Assembly: GCA_965214605.1 (NCBI GenBank)
Contig: OZ243961.1
Span: 1,984,001-2,048,000 of the forward strand
Source of the DNA: an uncultured Candidatus Binatia bacterium
GTDB taxonomy: Bacteria; Desulfobacterota; Binatia; Bin18
DNA length: 64,000 bases
Direction: 5' to 3'
Part shown: piece by piece, positions 60,121-64,000 of the stretch
Layout of the letters: every line of letters starts with the position of its first letter
How positions within the stretch are numbered: position 1 is the stretch's first letter
Position numbers and translations under genes: made by a program
The notes under the pieces: model-generated
Database searches by the model: none
What the model saw: only the letters and a program-made list of their open reading frames with translations
Told to the model about the DNA's origin: nothing

Positions 60121-60897
60121 CTACAACTCCATAGGCAACACCAGATACTCGTCATAAATAAAGTCGCGGTGCTCGACCAGAGCCGGATCAAGGACGCGGT
60201 TAATATCCGGATCAAGCGCCTCAAAGGCTTTGCGCAGCCCCTCTACCATCGGACATTTGTCCGGCGGCAGGGGCGCGACCAAAGTGGCAAAGGTCGCCCA
60301 GTATATGTCCAGTGCAGTCAGCCTATCGCCGAGCAGAAACCGCCTGCCGGCGGCTTTCTGAGCCTGGACCCGCTCGGACAAGAGGCCTAACACTTCGATT
60401 GTCCGTTTACGGACCTGGGGACCGATGCCGGGCCGATACCCATACTTTGAGCCGAGATACTGGGCGGCTCCAGCGTCCATCGGAAACATGACGTTTGGAT
60501 CAAGCGCCCGATCGACCATGACCAACCGAATGCTCCAGCCAAATCCCAGTTCGCCGCAGATCTCGTGGGCTAGCCCAAACATCAGCGCCCGCTGGGCTGG
60601 GTCTTCGGGAATCAGCTGCGGCTCGGGAGCCAGACGTTCGGCCAGCAACAGAATCTCGGCCCACCCCGAGCGGGCGGGTTCGTTTTCATACACAATCGCC
60701 GGCCCGCTATCGACCCCGGTCCATTCGACCAGAGCCGTGTTGTCGCCACCCGGAACATAGCGCGTTCCCACACAGGGAATCTGCTTGATATAAAAGAAAC
60801 CCTTGGCTGCTTCCCCCCACGGGCTAGGAGCTCCACCGACAAACGCACCACGCAGCCCAGGACTATTCTTCGCCGTCTCGACGTCAACAAATTCCAT
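60121..60897 (-). CDS. Glutathione S-transferase-like protein
   Basis: PSPWGEAAK N-terminal site, FLLGDRLTALDIYWA C-terminal GST motif. Confidence 0.75.
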   Translation of the reverse strand: MEFVDVETAKNSPGLRGAFVGGAPSPWGEAAKGFFYIKQIPCVGTRYVPGGDNTALVEWTGVDSGPAIVYENEPARSGWAEILLLAERLAPEPQLIPEDPAQRALMFGLAHEICGELGFGWSIRLVMVDRALDPNVMFPMDAGAAQYLGSKYGYRPGIGPQVRKRTIEVLGLLSERVQAQKAAGRRFLLGDRLTALDIYWATFATLVAPLPPDKCPMVEGLRKAFEALDPDINRVLDPALVEHRDFIYDEYLVLPMEL

Positions 60898-60935
60898 ACA
60901 CTTGTCCTCCTCTGTTTTGAGAGCCTGACAATGTT

Positions 60936-62155
60936 TTACATCGCTTGCCTTTTCACCTCAGCCCCATCACGTTGAACTAGAGGGTGCTCATGGCTCTGAA
61001 AGATCTTAAAAATCTGAAACGTATCGGAGCTGCCCAGCTGATAATCAATCAATGCCTGGGCTGTGGTTTGGGGAAACCACTCGGTATTGCCGCGTGGATT
61101 ATGGGTCCGGATGACGGCAGACGAGCAGAAAGGGACGCGTTTGCGGTTGCCCTCATGGAGGTCCGGACATCCAGATAGAGCATCCGGTGACTGTACCGGG
61201 AGATTCTTTGGCCTCATCTCCAGCATATCGGCCTGATGGAGTTTCCACGGGTCGGTCGGATACCACTTGCCACGTCTGGCCAGATTGGCTCGGTCACCTT
61301 GATCAGCCCCGGGGTTTGCACGACCTGCTTGATCAGCTCTTGCCGATTGCAGTCGTACCGATAGCTCGGAGACCCCCAATCGATCTTCGGTCAGCACGAC
61401 TCCGCTACCGGGCAAGACAGAGGGATTATACATAATCTTGGGAGGATGGGCTTTCGGGTCATACGTCCACTGATCGTTGGGCAGCCGGTTATCGCCGCCG
61501 GTCATCGTTGTAGAGCATGCTCAGGACCTGCTTGCCCTCTGAGTCTGAAGGAGCAACCATCACCGTATACGGCTTTGCAGATACCCTGCTTCTGCCACGG
61601 GGCGACATTTTCGTCTGACACAGGGCGCTGCATGCCGTGCTTATAAAGCAAACAGAAAACGCTGTCCATGCTCCACCCTTCCATTGCTATTTGTGCAGTC
61701 TGTTCGAGGCTCACATCAGAGCCGTTCCGCCCTAGTCTCAAGAACGGTGGTTCCAAACCATCTTGAGACTGCCCTTGGGGTCTTGGACCTCAAAAACCGG
61801 GCAGGGCCGACCGGCCACATCATTGTTGACGTCACTCCGGCGGCGTGTTGGAGTTGATAAACGCCTGGCGTAACAGGCTATCGGTCGTTTTTTGGATCGC
61901 GACCGAAAAATCACCCCCCTCGACACAGCACGGATTCTCCGACGGCAGGATATCCTTAACCGCCGCCTAGGCAGTCACGCGTCGAGCGTCATGCCTGGGC
62001 GCGAGCCCCTCGACCTCGGGAAAGCCGTCCCGAGACGGAAAAACCCCGGCCAAGGTCTCAGCCCGGTCGTGGACGTTAGCTTCTCGAGCCGTCAGCACGT
62101 CAATCCCAAGGGTGAAGACGAAAATTCGACGGACGATAGATGATATTTTCAACAT
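60936..62155 (-). pseudogene. Decayed DUF1329 gene downstream of DUF1302
   Basis: Fragments VAGRPCPVFEVQDPKGSLKMVWNH, WKL...LEMRPK and YSHRMLYLD with stops and frameshifts. Confidence 0.6.
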
Positions 62156-62170
62156 GCGGACAGAGGCTCC

Positions 62171-64000
62171 TTAGAGGGCAAAGGACCGTTGAAGTTCCAG
62201 AAAAATCCGGTCGTTTCTTCCCGTAAAATATTTCTTTCGCAGCCGTCCGGCCGGGGCGGCATACTGACCGAAGAATCCAGAGCGGGGCCCGATAAGAAAG
62301 TCTAGGCCGAACGTTACCGACAGAAAATCGTTGATCTGGTACTCGATCTGAGGACGAATTAAGAGTTCGCCAAGATTGATCCCATACAGGGCGATCAATT
62401 GGGGAAAGAGGGTTTCGTTGATGAAGTCGGCGCGCAGGAATACCGAAACAATATTATTGATCGCTTTATCCGGAATATCCTTGGATTTATTGAAGATTAC
62501 ATTTTGAAAAAACTGGAAGTTGGCCATCAAGTTGTCGTTGACTGTCCAGTCTAAGCCCAGCACGTAGGACAAGTACTCCCGCTGACGGATGCCGTCCGGC
62601 TCGTTGGGGTCCGTTGATACAAAATGTTGTCCCAGCGTCACCCCGCCCTCACCCCGAATGACGAACACGTCAAAGGCATAGTTAAACGTCCCACCCAGCA
62701 GATGAAAACGCGTGTGACGCGGCTCAATCAAAAATTGATTACCGCCAAGCGTGCGCCGAAAGGCGACTGGAAAATCGCTCCAGGCATAAAAATAGTTCAG
62801 CGACAGGTCCATATTGCGCAAAAAGCGGGTGACTCGAAAGCCGACCTCGGAATCGCTCAGCCGACCGTCCCTGGGTTCTTTCGTCTTGGCCACCCGAACC
62901 GACGGAAAGGGTGGAAAGGGGGGCTGAATTGCGAGGGCAGGCAGTACAACATTCCGAAACTGCCATTCACTGCCCGGATCTGCGACTCGATTTTCCTCAA
63001 AGTCGAGAAACCACACGCCCTCAAACACCCAATCCTCGAAGGTGTAGTCAAGCCGCGTCCCCCACAGCGGAATACGCGCGTCGATAAAGTCATCAAGGAT
63101 AAACTCCCGAAAATCCTGCGGATTAATAACATCAAGAATCCGCAGACCAAGCGACTCTCCCCACACCACCTGCTGGCGGCCAAAACGAAAATCAAAATCT
63201 TTATACACGACTTCAAGATACAGTTCGCGCAGCTCGGCCTGAAAAAAGTCGCCGCTCGTCCAGCGGTCAATCGGCCCAGCATCAAAGTCATGAATATTGT
63301 CTTCCAGATGATTGGCTGGATCCATTAACACCCGGCCGATTGTGGTTAGGGTAGCCCAGTCGGCCAGCTCGATATCAATGTCGGCTTCCAGCCAATTCTG
63401 GACCTTGGAGAACTGGTGGGGCGAGTGCAGTCGAAAGGCTGTCTCATTCTTGATGAAGGCCACCCCCTCAATCCGCTCCCGCAGCTCATGCAGGCGACCC
63501 GGCGTGCTCTTTGTGGCAGACGGGGGGGGAGCGGGAGGAGCAGACCGCGCAGGCCGTCGGCGGACCGATGTTGTTTCCTGCGGAGGGGCTGCTGGGACGG
63601 CAGGAGCTGATGCCGCCGCTGGAGGGGAAGTTTGCTCGACTGCGGCACGGACGGTTGGGGCGGTCGGAGGCGGGCGTTGAAACAGCACCTGGGTCTGAGA
63701 CTCCTCGGGCATGGCCAGGGGGAAGACCAAGGTGAGCCGATTTTCCTGCTGCTGCACCTCAAAAGGCGGGATATGACTACTGGCGAGGTCAACCACAAAC
63801 CGCAGACGGGACGGATGGGAACCCGAACGAACCGCGCGGATGAGTCCATCGTTTGTCGTGTAGCGTGCCGACGGCCCGACCGTGACCGGGCCGGTCACAT
63901 CCAGCACCACCCGGGACGGGGCGGACAGAGCAAAAGAGCGCCAGCTGTCCGGGGATTGCGGAAAGAGAAAGCGAAGCGTCTTTTGATCGCCCTCAACACC
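62171..64000 (-). CDS. AMIN-like domain plus DUF1302-like outer-membrane beta-barrel (5' end outside the window)
   Basis: APSRVVLDV...IRAVRSG...RFVVDL, Pro/Ala linker, LRELY, GRQQVVWG, DVINP.D, C-terminal SF. Confidence 0.75.
   Translation of the reverse strand, partial: GVEGDQKTLRFLFPQSPDSWRSFALSAPSRVVLDVTGPVTVGPSARYTTNDGLIRAVRSGSHPSRLRFVVDLASSHIPPFEVQQQENRLTLVFPLAMPEESQTQVLFQRPPPTAPTVRAAVEQTSPPAAASAPAVPAAPPQETTSVRRRPARSAPPAPPPSATKSTPGRLHELRERIEGVAFIKNETAFRLHSPHQFSKVQNWLEADIDIELADWATLTTIGRVLMDPANHLEDNIHDFDAGPIDRWTSGDFFQAELRELYLEVVYKDFDFRFGRQQVVWGESLGLRILDVINPQDFREFILDDFIDARIPLWGTRLDYTFEDWVFEGVWFLDFEENRVADPGSEWQFRNVVLPALAIQPPFPPFPSVRVAKTKEPRDGRLSDSEVGFRVTRFLRNMDLSLNYFYAWSDFPVAFRRTLGGNQFLIEPRHTRFHLLGGTFNYAFDVFVIRGEGGVTLGQHFVSTDPNEPDGIRQREYLSYVLGLDWTVNDNLMANFQFFQNVIFNKSKDIPDKAINNIVSVFLRADFINETLFPQLIALYGINLGELLIRPQIEYQINDFLSVTFGLDFLIGPRSGFFGQYAAPAGRLRKKYFTGRNDRIFLELQRSFAL

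Overview
The window has two parts. (1) About 1-15.8 kb is a high-GC defence/mobile island. It starts with a possible CRISPR-array edge and a truncated AbiEii-type nucleotidyltransferase. Next comes a translationally coupled class I DISARM operon (drmD, drmMI, drmA, drmB, drmC), in which drmA and drmB form ONE 1728-aa ORF and drmC appears to have an in-frame internal deletion. After it lie deletion-fused relics of a conjugative coupling protein (TraD), a JAB-E1(ThiF) ubiquitin-like-system gene and a DUF6527 tail, plus a decayed RelE/HigA toxin-antitoxin pair. (2) About 15.9-64 kb is moderate-GC metabolic DNA. It holds 8 intact and at least 3 decayed amidohydrolases, an indoleamine 2,3-dioxygenase, an F420-LLM oxidoreductase, a class III CoA-transferase pair, a secreted trypsin-like protease, a redoxin-cytochrome c-copper monooxygenase fusion, DUF1329/DUF1302 envelope genes and many pseudogenes. 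This repertoire resembles Binatota-like or sponge-associated bacteria (inference only). All family calls come from motif recognition, not database searches. No rRNA or tRNA genes were recognised.
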